NCBI GenBank assembly: GCA_041191145.1
Contig: JBEEPK010000008.1
Coordinates: forward strand, 1-59,943
Origin: Bacteroidota bacterium
GTDB lineage: Bacteria; Bacteroidota; Ignavibacteria; Kapaibacteriales; UBA961
Reading direction: 5' to 3'
Length of the DNA stretch: 59,943 nt
The notes below the pieces were generated by a model, which saw nothing but the letters and a program-made list of their open reading frames with translations, searched no databases and was not told the DNA's origin. This document shows positions 1 through 8,557 of the stretch, piece after piece (positions within the stretch are counted from its first letter, which is position 1; each line of letters begins with the position of its first letter). Made by a program: the position numbers and the translations under genes.

Positions 1-302
1 AATGGACCCAATACATTGATGGATGCACGCATCTGCTTCACATGCTCATAGGGAGCTTCAAATGAATTCACTCCCGATGAATCTATCATAAGATTCTCGC
101 CTTCAAGCAGGCAATGTGCTCCCATTGCCTCGAGGAGTCGAGACACAGTTTTAACATCTTTGATATTGGGAGTATTAGTGATGAGATTCTTTCCGGGCGC
201 AAGCAATGCCGCCGGAATCAAAGCCAATGCCGCATTTTTGGCACCGGAAATTCTGACAGTGCCTTCGAGGCGCTGTCCACCATGAATAATTAATTTGTCC
301 AT
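1..302 (-). CDS. murA: UDP-N-acetylglucosamine 1-carboxyvinyltransferase (5' part; runs off the window)
   Basis: Manual translation from ATG at 302: MDKLIIHGGQRLEGTVRISGAKNAAL...APYEHVKQMRASINVLGP, with the MurA GAKNA and MRAS motifs. Not in the ORF track. Confidence 0.95.
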   Translation of the reverse strand, partial: MDKLIIHGGQRLEGTVRISGAKNAALALIPAALLAPGKNLITNTPNIKDVKTVSRLLEAMGAHCLLEGENLMIDSSGVNSFEAPYEHVKQMRASINVLGP

Positions 303-358
303 ATTTCTCTCTATGCTGCAAAAGGGAGCCTGTTCTTCAAACTCCAATGGAGGGCTCA

Positions 359-366
359 CAAAAGTA
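359..366 (-). promoter_or_regulatory. Bacteroidota-type -7 promoter element (TACTTTTG) upstream of murA
   Basis: Matches TAnnTTTG, about 55 bp upstream of the start codon. Confidence 0.5.
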
Positions 367-425
367 CGATAATCATGACTCAAGCACAAATCAAGAAAGT
401 ACATCGCTTCCTCAGCTAATTTTCG

Positions 426-433
426 TATTTTTG
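426..433 (+). promoter_or_regulatory. Bacteroidota-type -7 promoter element (TATTTTTG) upstream of gatC
   Basis: Matches TAnnTTTG in the divergent intergenic region. Confidence 0.5.
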
Positions 434-494
434 CACCCCGTGTATTTTACGTGAAATATACTGTCCATGTCCAATATCATATTTTGCTCAAAAA

Positions 495-794
495 ATGAAC
501 TCAAATGGCGAAATAGACTCAAAAACGGTAAAAAGAATAGCCGAACTTTCTCGTTTGAGCTTCACTGACACCGAAATTGATGCTTTTACGCATGAATTTG
601 CCACTATTGTTCATGCAATCGAAGCAATCAATACTTTGGATTTGAATGGAGTAGAGCCAATGTCTCATGTTCTTGATCTTCCCAATGTGTTTCGCGATGA
701 TATATCAAGCGAATCCTTGAGTGTGAAGCAGGCGCTCGAAAATGCTCCAAACAAAAATGAAACATTTTTTAAAGTTCCGAAAGTGATGGAATAA
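495..794 (+). CDS. gatC: Asp/Glu-tRNA amidotransferase subunit C
   Basis: IAELSRL, VEPMSH, NVFRDD, NAP...FFKVPKV motifs; 99 aa. Confidence 0.95.
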   Translation: MNSNGEIDSKTVKRIAELSRLSFTDTEIDAFTHEFATIVHAIEAINTLDLNGVEPMSHVLDLPNVFRDDISSESLSVKQALENAPNKNETFFKVPKVME

Positions 795-882
795 TAACGG
801 CTTATACAATATAGCCCGTTACAAATCGTTTTGGCCATACTTTCATATACTTGCGAATCATCGCAATTTTCAGGTGCTGCGA

Positions 883-1743
883 ATGAGAATTACGAAACAA
901 TATACCAATCGCGAAAGTCAATCGCTCGATAAATATCTTCAGGAAATCGGAAGAGTAGAACTTCTAACCGGAGATGATGAGATTGATCTCGCGAAATTGA
1001 TAAAAAAAGGCGGTTTTGATGGCGAACTTGCACTTGAGCGTTTGGTGAAAGCCAATCTTCGTTTTGTTGTGTCTGTTGCGAAGCAATATCAAAATCAAGG
1101 GTTATCCCTCGGTGATTTGATTAATGAAGGAAATCTTGGATTGATCAAAGCAGCAAAACGCTTCGATGAAACCCGTGGATTCAAATTCATTTCTTATGCC
1201 GTGTGGTGGATCAGACAATCCATTCTTCAAGCTCTCGCTGAACAATCCCGTATCGTTCGTCTCCCGCTCAATCGTGTTGGTGCATTGAATAAAATCGGTA
1301 AGAAATTCAGTGAACTTGAACAAGCATTTGAGCGCGAACCAACAGCATCAGAACTTGCCGAACAATTGGACATGAGCGTCGCGGAGATTTCTGAAACTAT
1401 TAAAATTTCCGGAAGACATCTCTCAGTGGATGCGCCATTCGTGCAAGGTGAGGACAATCGACTCCTCGATATTCTTCCGAATGATTTGCAACCACCACCG
1501 GATTCCGAATTGATGCGCGAATCCTTGCGCGTGGAAGTTCAACAAGTGTTGACCACGCTTTCACAAAGAGAAGCAGAAGTCATCAAATTGTATTTCGGAC
1601 TCGAAGGCGTAACCCTCACCCTCGAAGAAATTGGTGAAAAATTCAATCTTACGCGCGAACGCGTGAGACAAATCAAAGAAAAGGCAATACGCAGATTGCG
1701 ACATGCCTCACGATCAAAAGCACTCAGATCCTATCTTGGATAA
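883..1743 (+). CDS. rpoD: Primary RNA polymerase sigma factor, RpoD/SigA family, lacking region 1.1
   Basis: [71 protein letters not shown]. Start is ATG 883 or GTG 874. Confidence 0.93.
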   Translation: MRITKQYTNRESQSLDKYLQEIGRVELLTGDDEIDLAKLIKKGGFDGELALERLVKANLRFVVSVAKQYQNQGLSLGDLINEGNLGLIKAAKRFDETRGFKFISYAVWWIRQSILQALAEQSRIVRLPLNRVGALNKIGKKFSELEQAFEREPTASELAEQLDMSVAEISETIKISGRHLSVDAPFVQGEDNRLLDILPNDLQPPPDSELMRESLRVEVQQVLTTLSQREAEVIKLYFGLEGVTLTLEEIGEKFNLTRERVRQIKEKAIRRLRHASRSKALRSYLG

Positions 1744-1746
1744 ATC

Positions 1747-1775
1747 AAAGCCCGAAGAAATTCGGGCTTTTTTTT
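1747..1775 (+). terminator. Intrinsic terminator after rpoD
   Basis: AAAGCCCGAA-gaaa-TTCGGGCTTT followed by a T tract, between convergent genes. Confidence 0.85.
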
Positions 1776-2589
1776 ATCGGGGAATTCTGCGGCAAATAAG
1801 CAATTCGGTGGTTGGACTTTCCTTGAAAAAGGAAATGCAGAATAATTCAGGGAAATACAAAACGGATGCGTATATCATTCCCATGATTTCACTCTTTCGA
1901 ACCGGATACATGAACAAATTCCACAACTTTCCGGGCAAAGTGGACTTCACATCAACAGGGTATCCCATCAAGTAAAACATGGGCTTGCGCTCCATCACTT
2001 CAAATCCGGCATTCTTCAATAGAGCAAATACATCTTCCTTAGACCGATGAACGATATGCCTTTCCCTTTTTGTGCCATGTCTTGGCACATTGTCAGAATA
2101 CAAAAGAATGCCATCATCCTTCATGATTCTACCAATTTCATGTAATGCACTCGCATATTGTTGATCATCCGTCACATGAAACAGTACATCAAAAATCGAA
2201 ATCACATCTTGAGATTGATCCGGAATCACGCTCATTGAATCAGCATTCGTGATATCGGCATGATAGATCGAGAGATGCGGAAAACGCCGAGCACAGAATT
2301 CAACCGAAGCTTCTGTAAAATCAAGTCCGGAAAGAGATTTAGGACTAAGTCTATTCCACAAATTCAGATAAAATCCCGTTCCACTCCCGCAATCGAGAAT
2401 TGACTTTTCAGTGATATCCGGTAGATATTGCTGTCGAACAGCATTGAATACATGCCTTCTGATTGCATATAAAGCCCGATTGAATGCCTTGCCATACGCA
2501 AGATGTCCAACTCTGTGCAGGCCGATATCTTTTGTCAATCTCTCTTCCCAATATGCATGTGGATTGAAATCAGACATTGTACACTCCAT
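1774..2589 (-). CDS. Class I SAM-dependent methyltransferase
   Basis: ILDCGSGTG motif I, GLD, DVLFH. True start may be MSDF at 2577. Confidence 0.85.
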   Translation of the reverse strand: MECTMSDFNPHAYWEERLTKDIGLHRVGHLAYGKAFNRALYAIRRHVFNAVRQQYLPDITEKSILDCGSGTGFYLNLWNRLSPKSLSGLDFTEASVEFCARRFPHLSIYHADITNADSMSVIPDQSQDVISIFDVLFHVTDDQQYASALHEIGRIMKDDGILLYSDNVPRHGTKRERHIVHRSKEDVFALLKNAGFEVMERKPMFYLMGYPVDVKSTLPGKLWNLFMYPVRKSEIMGMIYASVLYFPELFCISFFKESPTTELLICRRIPR

Positions 2590-2622
2590 AAAAAAAGGCC
2601 AAGGAATATTCCCTTGACCTTT
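2590..2622 (-). terminator. Intrinsic terminator after the permease gene
   Basis: Minus strand reads AAAGGTCAAGGG-aatatt-CCTTGGCC-TTTTTTT. Confidence 0.65.
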
Positions 2623-2642
2623 GAAAATCTACGATACGTTTA

Positions 2643-4127
2643 TCAACCCATGGATGCTTTACGCAATTTCGAATGTTTCGCACCATAAGCAAAGTACAAA
2701 ACAAAACCGATTGCCATCCAAATGATGAGTCGAAGCCATGTATCAAATGGTAAAGAATACATCATATAGAAACATGTTGCAATTCCAAGAGCCGGAACCA
2801 ATGGTACAAGCGGGGTTTTGAATGCACGAGGAACATTAGGATGAGTTCTGCGCATCACAATAATTCCAAAAGAAACCAGAATAAATGCGAAGAGCGTACC
2901 GATACTTGTCATCTCACCCACAACCGTCACAGGCACAAATGCCGCGAAAAGGGATACAAATACCATGAAGAACAGATTCGATTTATACGGCGTGAGAAAT
3001 CTTGGATGTACAGCTGCAAAAAGACTAGGCAATAAACCATCCTTGCTCATGGAGAAGAATACACGTGACTGACCAAGCAACATCACCAAAATCACGGAAG
3101 AATATCCCGCAAGAATTGCAACGATGATGGCCGTTTGAAGCCATGTGTATGGAGTCTTCATAATTGCCAAAGCAACAGGAGCTGCCTCACCGGCGAAGTT
3201 TTTATAATTTTCAAGACCTGTCATCACATGTGCGAACAAAACATAGAGAATCGTACAAATCACAAGCGATCCCAATATCCCAATCGGCATGTCCCTTTGC
3301 GGATTTTTTGCTTCCTGAGCGGCAGTAGAAACAGCATCAAAACCAATAAAAGCAAAAAACACAACTGCGGCGCCGGTAACAATACCAGACCAACCAAAAT
3401 GCTGATAGACGCCTGTATTGTCAGGAATATATGGAGTATAGTTTGCAGGATCAATATATGCCCAGCCAAGACCAATAAACACAAGAACAACGGCAACTTT
3501 CAGGAATACAACAATTGCATTCATCTTTGCTGATTCTTCTGTTCCACGAATGAGAAGCAGAGACATCATAACGGTGATGAAGACTGCCGGTAAGTTGATT
3601 ATACCTGTAATGGCCATTCCATCCGGACCGATATAGGGTGGATCCCATGGCGACATCACGAGTTGATGAGGCAAACCAACTTCCATGATGCCAAGTAATT
3701 TCACGAGATATCTCGACCAACTAATGGCCACTGTAGCCGCTCCCACGGCATATTCCAATACCAAATCCCAACCGATCGTCCAAGCAAGCAATTCGCCCAT
3801 TGTTGCATAGGAATATGTATATGCAGATCCCGCAATTGGAATCATCGAAGCAAATTCAGCATAGCAAAGGCCAGCAAAAGCACAACCAATAGCCGCAACC
3901 ATAAAAGAAATTGTAACCGCAGGTCCCGCATTATTTGCGGCTGCAATACCTGTTAGAGAAAAAAGTCCAGCTCCAATGATGGCACCGATGCCAAGCAATA
4001 CCAAACTCAGCGGACCCAAAGTACGTTTGAGTGTATGACCCTCGCCATCACCACTTGCCTCTTTTTGCAATTGTTCTAAAGGTTTTGTCAAAAACAAAGG
4101 ATTCGAAGAAGCCATATTGTGGTCCAT
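2643..4127 (-). CDS. Amino acid permease (APC family, cationic amino acid transporter-like)
   Basis: GIGAIIGAGLF, AGLCYAEFASMIPIAGSAYTY, FFAFIGFDAVST; many TM helices. Confidence 0.92.
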   Translation of the reverse strand: MDHNMASSNPLFLTKPLEQLQKEASGDGEGHTLKRTLGPLSLVLLGIGAIIGAGLFSLTGIAAANNAGPAVTISFMVAAIGCAFAGLCYAEFASMIPIAGSAYTYSYATMGELLAWTIGWDLVLEYAVGAATVAISWSRYLVKLLGIMEVGLPHQLVMSPWDPPYIGPDGMAITGIINLPAVFITVMMSLLLIRGTEESAKMNAIVVFLKVAVVLVFIGLGWAYIDPANYTPYIPDNTGVYQHFGWSGIVTGAAVVFFAFIGFDAVSTAAQEAKNPQRDMPIGILGSLVICTILYVLFAHVMTGLENYKNFAGEAAPVALAIMKTPYTWLQTAIIVAILAGYSSVILVMLLGQSRVFFSMSKDGLLPSLFAAVHPRFLTPYKSNLFFMVFVSLFAAFVPVTVVGEMTSIGTLFAFILVSFGIIVMRRTHPNVPRAFKTPLVPLVPALGIATCFYMMYSLPFDTWLRLIIWMAIGFVLYFAYGAKHSKLRKASMG

Positions 4128-4177
4128 GAATGTTAAACATCTTCCGTATAATCAGCCAAAACTTGGCTTTGTGTGCG

Positions 4178-4296
4178 CAAAAATAGGAAGAGCCAAGCTT
4201 TCAACAATCTACTTTCCTATCTTTTCTGTTTTCAAGCCCTATCTTTTCCACATTGGTATTTCTGCTTGGTATTCCGAGCATACAATGGTATTTTTG
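4178..4296. promoter_or_regulatory. Divergent TAnnTTTG elements: 4178-4185 (-) for the permease and 4289-4296 (+) for tRNA-Cys/efp
   Basis: TATTTTTG on each strand, correctly oriented. Confidence 0.5.
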
Positions 4297-4335
4297 CAAT
4301 TCATCTTTTACGACCATATCGTTACTGATGAATCC

Positions 4336-4406
4336 GGTCTCGTCGCCTAGTGGCTGGGCAGGGCTCTGCAAAAGCCCCTACAGCGGTTCGAATCCGCTCG
4401 AGACCT
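4336..4406 (+). tRNA. tRNA-Cys (GCA); CCA end not encoded
   Basis: Acceptor stem GGTCTCG/CGAGACC, anticodon arm GGGCT-CTGCAAA-AGCCC, T arm AGCGG-TTCGAAT-CCGCT, U discriminator. Confidence 0.96.
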
Positions 4407-4452
4407 CACTTTTCAGGGAAATCCCTATACTTTCTCACAATTTGGATGGTTT

Positions 4453-5016
4453 ATGGCAACCACAGCCGATTTACGTGTTGGAGCTTTTTTGAAATACAAT
4501 GGCGAATTATGCCAAGTATTGGAAAGCGAGCATCGTACTCCCGGAAATCTCCGTGCATTTTATCAAGTGAAACTCCGTGTGCTTCGCAATGGAAAATTGC
4601 TTGAGAATCGCTATCGTTCCGGTGAAACCATTGAATTCGTGAGAGTTGAGCGCAATGATTTTCAATATTTGTATCGCGATGGCGAATCGTATGTATTCAT
4701 GGATGTGAATACCTATGATCAAATACCTGTGGATGCGAATATTGTTGGCAATGCAGCAAAATTAATGAAAGAAAATCAAGAGGTGCAGTTGACATCTGAT
4801 GAAACATCTGTTTTGTCCGTTGAATTGCCTCCACATGTGCACTTACGCGTTACGCAAACCGAACCAGGCGTGCGTGGCGATACTGCAACGAATGTTCTCA
4901 AGCCTGCAACTGTAGAAACAGGCGCAACCATTCAAGTTCCCATTTTCGTCAATGAGGGAGACATGCTTCGCATTGATACCCGCAATGGCGAATATGTTGA
5001 ACGCGTAAAAGAATAA
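4453..5016 (+). CDS. efp: Elongation factor P
   Basis: HRTPGNLRAF loop, YLYRDG, PGVRGDTA, KPATVETG, IDTRNGEY. Confidence 0.96.
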   Translation: MATTADLRVGAFLKYNGELCQVLESEHRTPGNLRAFYQVKLRVLRNGKLLENRYRSGETIEFVRVERNDFQYLYRDGESYVFMDVNTYDQIPVDANIVGNAAKLMKENQEVQLTSDETSVLSVELPPHVHLRVTQTEPGVRGDTATNVLKPATVETGATIQVPIFVNEGDMLRIDTRNGEYVERVKE

Positions 5017-5035
5017 TCATCAGACACTTCCCATG

Positions 5036-5073
5036 AAGCGTGTCTGCTGATTCTTTCAGTGACACGCTTTTTC
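5036..5073 (+). terminator. Hairpin/terminator between efp and accB
   Basis: AAGCGTGTC...GACACGCTT followed by TTTC. Confidence 0.65.
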
Positions 5074-5095
5074 ATTATCAACGGAGAAGAAAAAC

Positions 5096-5566
5096 ATGGA
5101 TTTACAATACTTGAAAGAATTATTGGCAATATTTGATGCCAGTTCAGCCACTGAACTCATGATTGAGGAAGAAGGCGCGTCCATATCCGTTTCAAAGCGT
5201 GGTCCGGATCAAGTTGTCACTCAAATGGCACCTGTCGCACATGCGCATGTACCCGCTCAAGGCGTGGATACACAACCTACACCAGTGCAAGCAATGCCTG
5301 CCAGCGCGCCTATAGTGGATGAAAATACTCATACGATTCTCTCCCCGATTGTCGGAACATATTATAGCTCACCTTCTCCGGATGCACCTGCTTTTGTGCA
5401 AGTTGGATCACGAGTGACTGCAGGTCAAACACTCTGTATCGTAGAAGCGATGAAACTCATGAATGAAATTGAAAGCGATGTTTCAGGCACCATTGTGAGC
5501 ATTCTTCCAAATAATGCCCAGCCGGTTGAGTATAATCAACCTTTGTTCATTGTTAAGCCTGATTAA
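5096..5566 (+). CDS. accB: Acetyl-CoA carboxylase biotin carboxyl carrier protein
   Basis: SPIVGTYY, EAMKLMNEI biotinylation motif. Confidence 0.96.
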   Translation: MDLQYLKELLAIFDASSATELMIEEEGASISVSKRGPDQVVTQMAPVAHAHVPAQGVDTQPTPVQAMPASAPIVDENTHTILSPIVGTYYSSPSPDAPAFVQVGSRVTAGQTLCIVEAMKLMNEIESDVSGTIVSILPNNAQPVEYNQPLFIVKPD

Positions 5567-5584
5567 GCATTCCATTCATTGGGA

Positions 5585-6922
5585 ATGTATTCTTCCACGA
5601 TACACTCCAATCGCGGCGAAATTGCATTGCGTGTTATTCGCGCATGTAAAGAATTAGGCATCAAAACGGTCGCAGTGTATTCTGTTGCCGACAAAACATC
5701 CCTGCATGTCCGATTCGCTGATGAAGCCGTTTGCATCGGTCCTGCATCGGGACGCGAAAGTTATCTCCACATTCCCGCCATCATCACCGCAGCACAAATT
5801 ACCGGAGCCGATGCCATTCACCCCGGCTATGGATTCCTAGCCGAGAATGATACCTTCGCAGAAATCTGCGCAGAAATCGGCATCACCTTCATTGGACCAA
5901 GCGCCCATGCGATTCGCAATATGGGTAATAAGTCTGTGGCTAAGGACACCATGAAAGCGGCCGGTGTACCTGTCATTCCCGGTTCTGCAGGCATTGTAGA
6001 AACCGTAGAAGAAGCCAAAGAAATTGCCGATGCAATGGGTTATCCGGTTATGATAAAGGCATCTGCCGGTGGAGGCGGAAAAGGCATGCGTTATGTGCCA
6101 AATGCCGATGAACTTGAAAATCTCTATAACATGGCTCGCAATGAAGCACAATCAGCATTCAATAATCCTGATGTCTATATCGAGAAATTCATTGAAGAAC
6201 CAAGACATATCGAATTCCAAATCTTCGCAGATAGATTCGGTACTGCCGTGCATCTCAATGAGCGTGAATGTTCCATTCAGCGCAGACATCAGAAATTGAT
6301 TGAAGAGACTCCTTCACCAATCATGACCGAAGCATTACGCAAGGAAATGGGCGATGCAGCCGTGAAAGCTGCTTTGGCGGTGGAGTATGAAGGTGCAGGA
6401 ACAATAGAATTTCTTGTTGACAAGCATAAGAATTTCTATTTCATGGAAATGAATACGCGCATTCAGGTGGAACATCCCGTCACGGAAGCTTCCCTTGGGA
6501 TTGATCTTGTGAAAGAACAATTACTTGTGGCTTCCGGTGAGAAACTTGGTCTTGTGCAAACAGCGCCAAAATTTCATTCCATTGAATGTCGCATCAATGC
6601 TGAAGACCCATTCCATGATTTCAGGCCTTCGCCGGGTGTGTTGAAGACGGTGAATTTTCCCGGCGGACATGGAGTGCGCGTTGACTCACATATGTATCAA
6701 GGATATGCCATTCCTCCCTATTATGATTCACTTCTTGCAAAACTGATTACTTTTGCGCCAACACGCAGAGAAGCAATTGCAAAGATGAAGCGTGCATTGG
6801 AGGAATTCATTATCGAAGGCGTGCATACAACCATTCCTTTTCATCGCGCAATGATGGATAATCCGGATTTCATTGCCGGTGATTTCGACACGAAATATCT
6901 CGATACCAAAGGTTGGCAATAA
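5585..6922 (+). CDS. accC: Biotin carboxylase (N-terminus anomalous)
   Basis: [42 protein letters not shown]. The usual MFKKILIA start is missing. Confidence 0.93.
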   Translation: MYSSTIHSNRGEIALRVIRACKELGIKTVAVYSVADKTSLHVRFADEAVCIGPASGRESYLHIPAIITAAQITGADAIHPGYGFLAENDTFAEICAEIGITFIGPSAHAIRNMGNKSVAKDTMKAAGVPVIPGSAGIVETVEEAKEIADAMGYPVMIKASAGGGGKGMRYVPNADELENLYNMARNEAQSAFNNPDVYIEKFIEEPRHIEFQIFADRFGTAVHLNERECSIQRRHQKLIEETPSPIMTEALRKEMGDAAVKAALAVEYEGAGTIEFLVDKHKNFYFMEMNTRIQVEHPVTEASLGIDLVKEQLLVASGEKLGLVQTAPKFHSIECRINAEDPFHDFRPSPGVLKTVNFPGGHGVRVDSHMYQGYAIPPYYDSLLAKLITFAPTRREAIAKMKRALEEFIIEGVHTTIPFHRAMMDNPDFIAGDFDTKYLDTKGWQ

Positions 6923-6950
6923 TACTCAAAACGATATCTAAGGAATCATC

Positions 6951-7328
6951 ATGAATTTCCCATCAGAACTCAAGTATACCAAAGATCATGAATGGATCAA
7001 GGTGGAAGGCAATATTGGAACCGTTGGCGTGACAGATCATGCACAAGGTGAACTTGGCGATGTTGTGTATTTAGACTTCAATGATAATGGCGCTGTATCC
7101 GCTGGTGATACATTCGGAACAGTAGAAGCCGTGAAAACAGTTGCAGATCTCTATGCACCTGTAAGCGGTACCATCATCGAATGCAATACCGGTCTGAATG
7201 ATGCCCCCGAGCAAGTAAATCAAGACCCCTATGGCAATGGCTGGCTCATGAAAATCGAACTCTCCAATCCATCAGAACTTGATGGCTTGATGGATGCAGA
7301 AGCGTATAAGGCATTAGTAGGCGCCTGA
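6951..7328 (+). CDS. gcvH: Glycine cleavage system H protein
   Basis: YTKDHEW, LGDVVY, VEAVKT lipoyl Lys, NQDPYGNGW. Confidence 0.96.
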   Translation: MNFPSELKYTKDHEWIKVEGNIGTVGVTDHAQGELGDVVYLDFNDNGAVSAGDTFGTVEAVKTVADLYAPVSGTIIECNTGLNDAPEQVNQDPYGNGWLMKIELSNPSELDGLMDAEAYKALVGA

Positions 7329-7442
7329 ATCCCACGGCTTAAGCCGTAGTAGATCCGCCCCATCGTCGTATCAACCCATGGCTTAAGCCGTGGGTTAGAA
7401 CCACCACTACATCGTATTATCCCACGGCTTAAGCCGTGGATT
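7329..7442. repeat. Three REP-like palindromes CCCAYGGCTTAAGCCGTRG in tandem units of about 45 bp
   Basis: Copies at about 7331, 7375 and 7421; the linkers resemble each other. Confidence 0.85.
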
Positions 7443-7451
7443 AAACCCCCT

Positions 7452-7489
7452 AAAAAAAGCCCGCGATATTCATCATATCGCGGGCTTTT
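7452..7489. terminator. Bidirectional intrinsic terminator
   Basis: AAAAAAAGCCCGCGATAT-tcatc-ATATCGCGGGCTTTT between convergent genes. Confidence 0.88.
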
Positions 7490-7529
7490 CATTTATATAA
7501 TCACGAGGCATTACCTCAAATAGCCAATA

Positions 7530-8519
7530 TTATCTACCACGGATAATCCAATACACCGCCATATTGTCTGGACGATTTTCATTGCCTGCAGTTGGAGTAA
7601 TACCACCAACGCTATTTCCAGGATCGCCGGTAGTAAAAGTATGAGAGTGATTTCCATCAGCACTTATAGAGTGTCTATGTGAACCTGAATTTTCTGCTGC
7701 TGTACCTGAAGTTCCACCATCATCTGAAGTTCTTTGATAACCACCATCACCGGTTTCGCCACCATGATCATGCAATCCATTTGTACTTGTCGTCCCACTA
7801 TGCGTATGTTTTCTCATCGATTCGCCTTGTTGGCTTCGCACACCTGTTGTGCTTTCACCACCGGTTCTTGTGCCTGCATCATCATCCCATCCTCTACCTT
7901 CATCCAAACCACGCAAGAAATTTCCACGAAGATCTGGAAGATTTGAGCTATTACCGAGGATATTTTTCAAGGCTGTTTTTTCATCAGCAGATAAAGCTGA
8001 CAAGTTGTCAATTAATCTACCATCGCATTTAAACCAGCCATTTGTTTCCATACCAGCAACATTACCACTATTTCCTAGATAAGCGATTACGGACCCAATT
8101 GGATAAGAATCTTCAGAGATTTTAGCTTGAACTTTATAATTATATCTGCTTTCAACAATAGAAGGATCAGTAAGATCTACAGAAAAATTACCACTTGTAG
8201 CATTATAATTAATGTCATTATTAATATTCTTATCAATTGTAACTACGGACACTACAGGATTTTCCAATCTTGTAACTATAAAACGCACTGTTTGATTATT
8301 TTTCGCATATGGTTCATACTTTGTTGTTGTTACAGCTTGACTTGGAATAGTACTAAGAACATTCCCATTACAATCTTTTACTTCGATTGGAGCTGTATTA
8401 GTGGTACTTGTAACCTCTTTGCTGAGAGTACCAGATGCAGAAATTGTACCCGCATTTATTGATAGATTGGGCATACCAATCAATAATGCCAGAGTTAATG
8501 TTAAAATTATGTGTTTCAT
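7530..8519 (-). CDS. Secreted protein with phage tail-collar domain and HxH fibre-tip motifs
   Basis: Signal peptide MKHIILTLTLALL...SINA; collar motifs PIGSVIAY, GWFKCDG, LPDLRGNFLRG; HTH/HDH/HRH/HSH; C-terminal ENRPDNMAVYWII. Confidence 0.8.
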   Translation of the reverse strand: MKHIILTLTLALLIGMPNLSINAGTISASGTLSKEVTSTTNTAPIEVKDCNGNVLSTIPSQAVTTTKYEPYAKNNQTVRFIVTRLENPVVSVVTIDKNINNDINYNATSGNFSVDLTDPSIVESRYNYKVQAKISEDSYPIGSVIAYLGNSGNVAGMETNGWFKCDGRLIDNLSALSADEKTALKNILGNSSNLPDLRGNFLRGLDEGRGWDDDAGTRTGGESTTGVRSQQGESMRKHTHSGTTSTNGLHDHGGETGDGGYQRTSDDGGTSGTAAENSGSHRHSISADGNHSHTFTTGDPGNSVGGITPTAGNENRPDNMAVYWIIRGR

Positions 8520-8557
8520 GATAATTCTATGATTAGTTGAAAAAGCCAAATGTCTCA

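Noticed and set aside
7329-7442. Mini-CRISPR
   Set aside because: Only three short, imperfect palindromes with mutually similar linkers.
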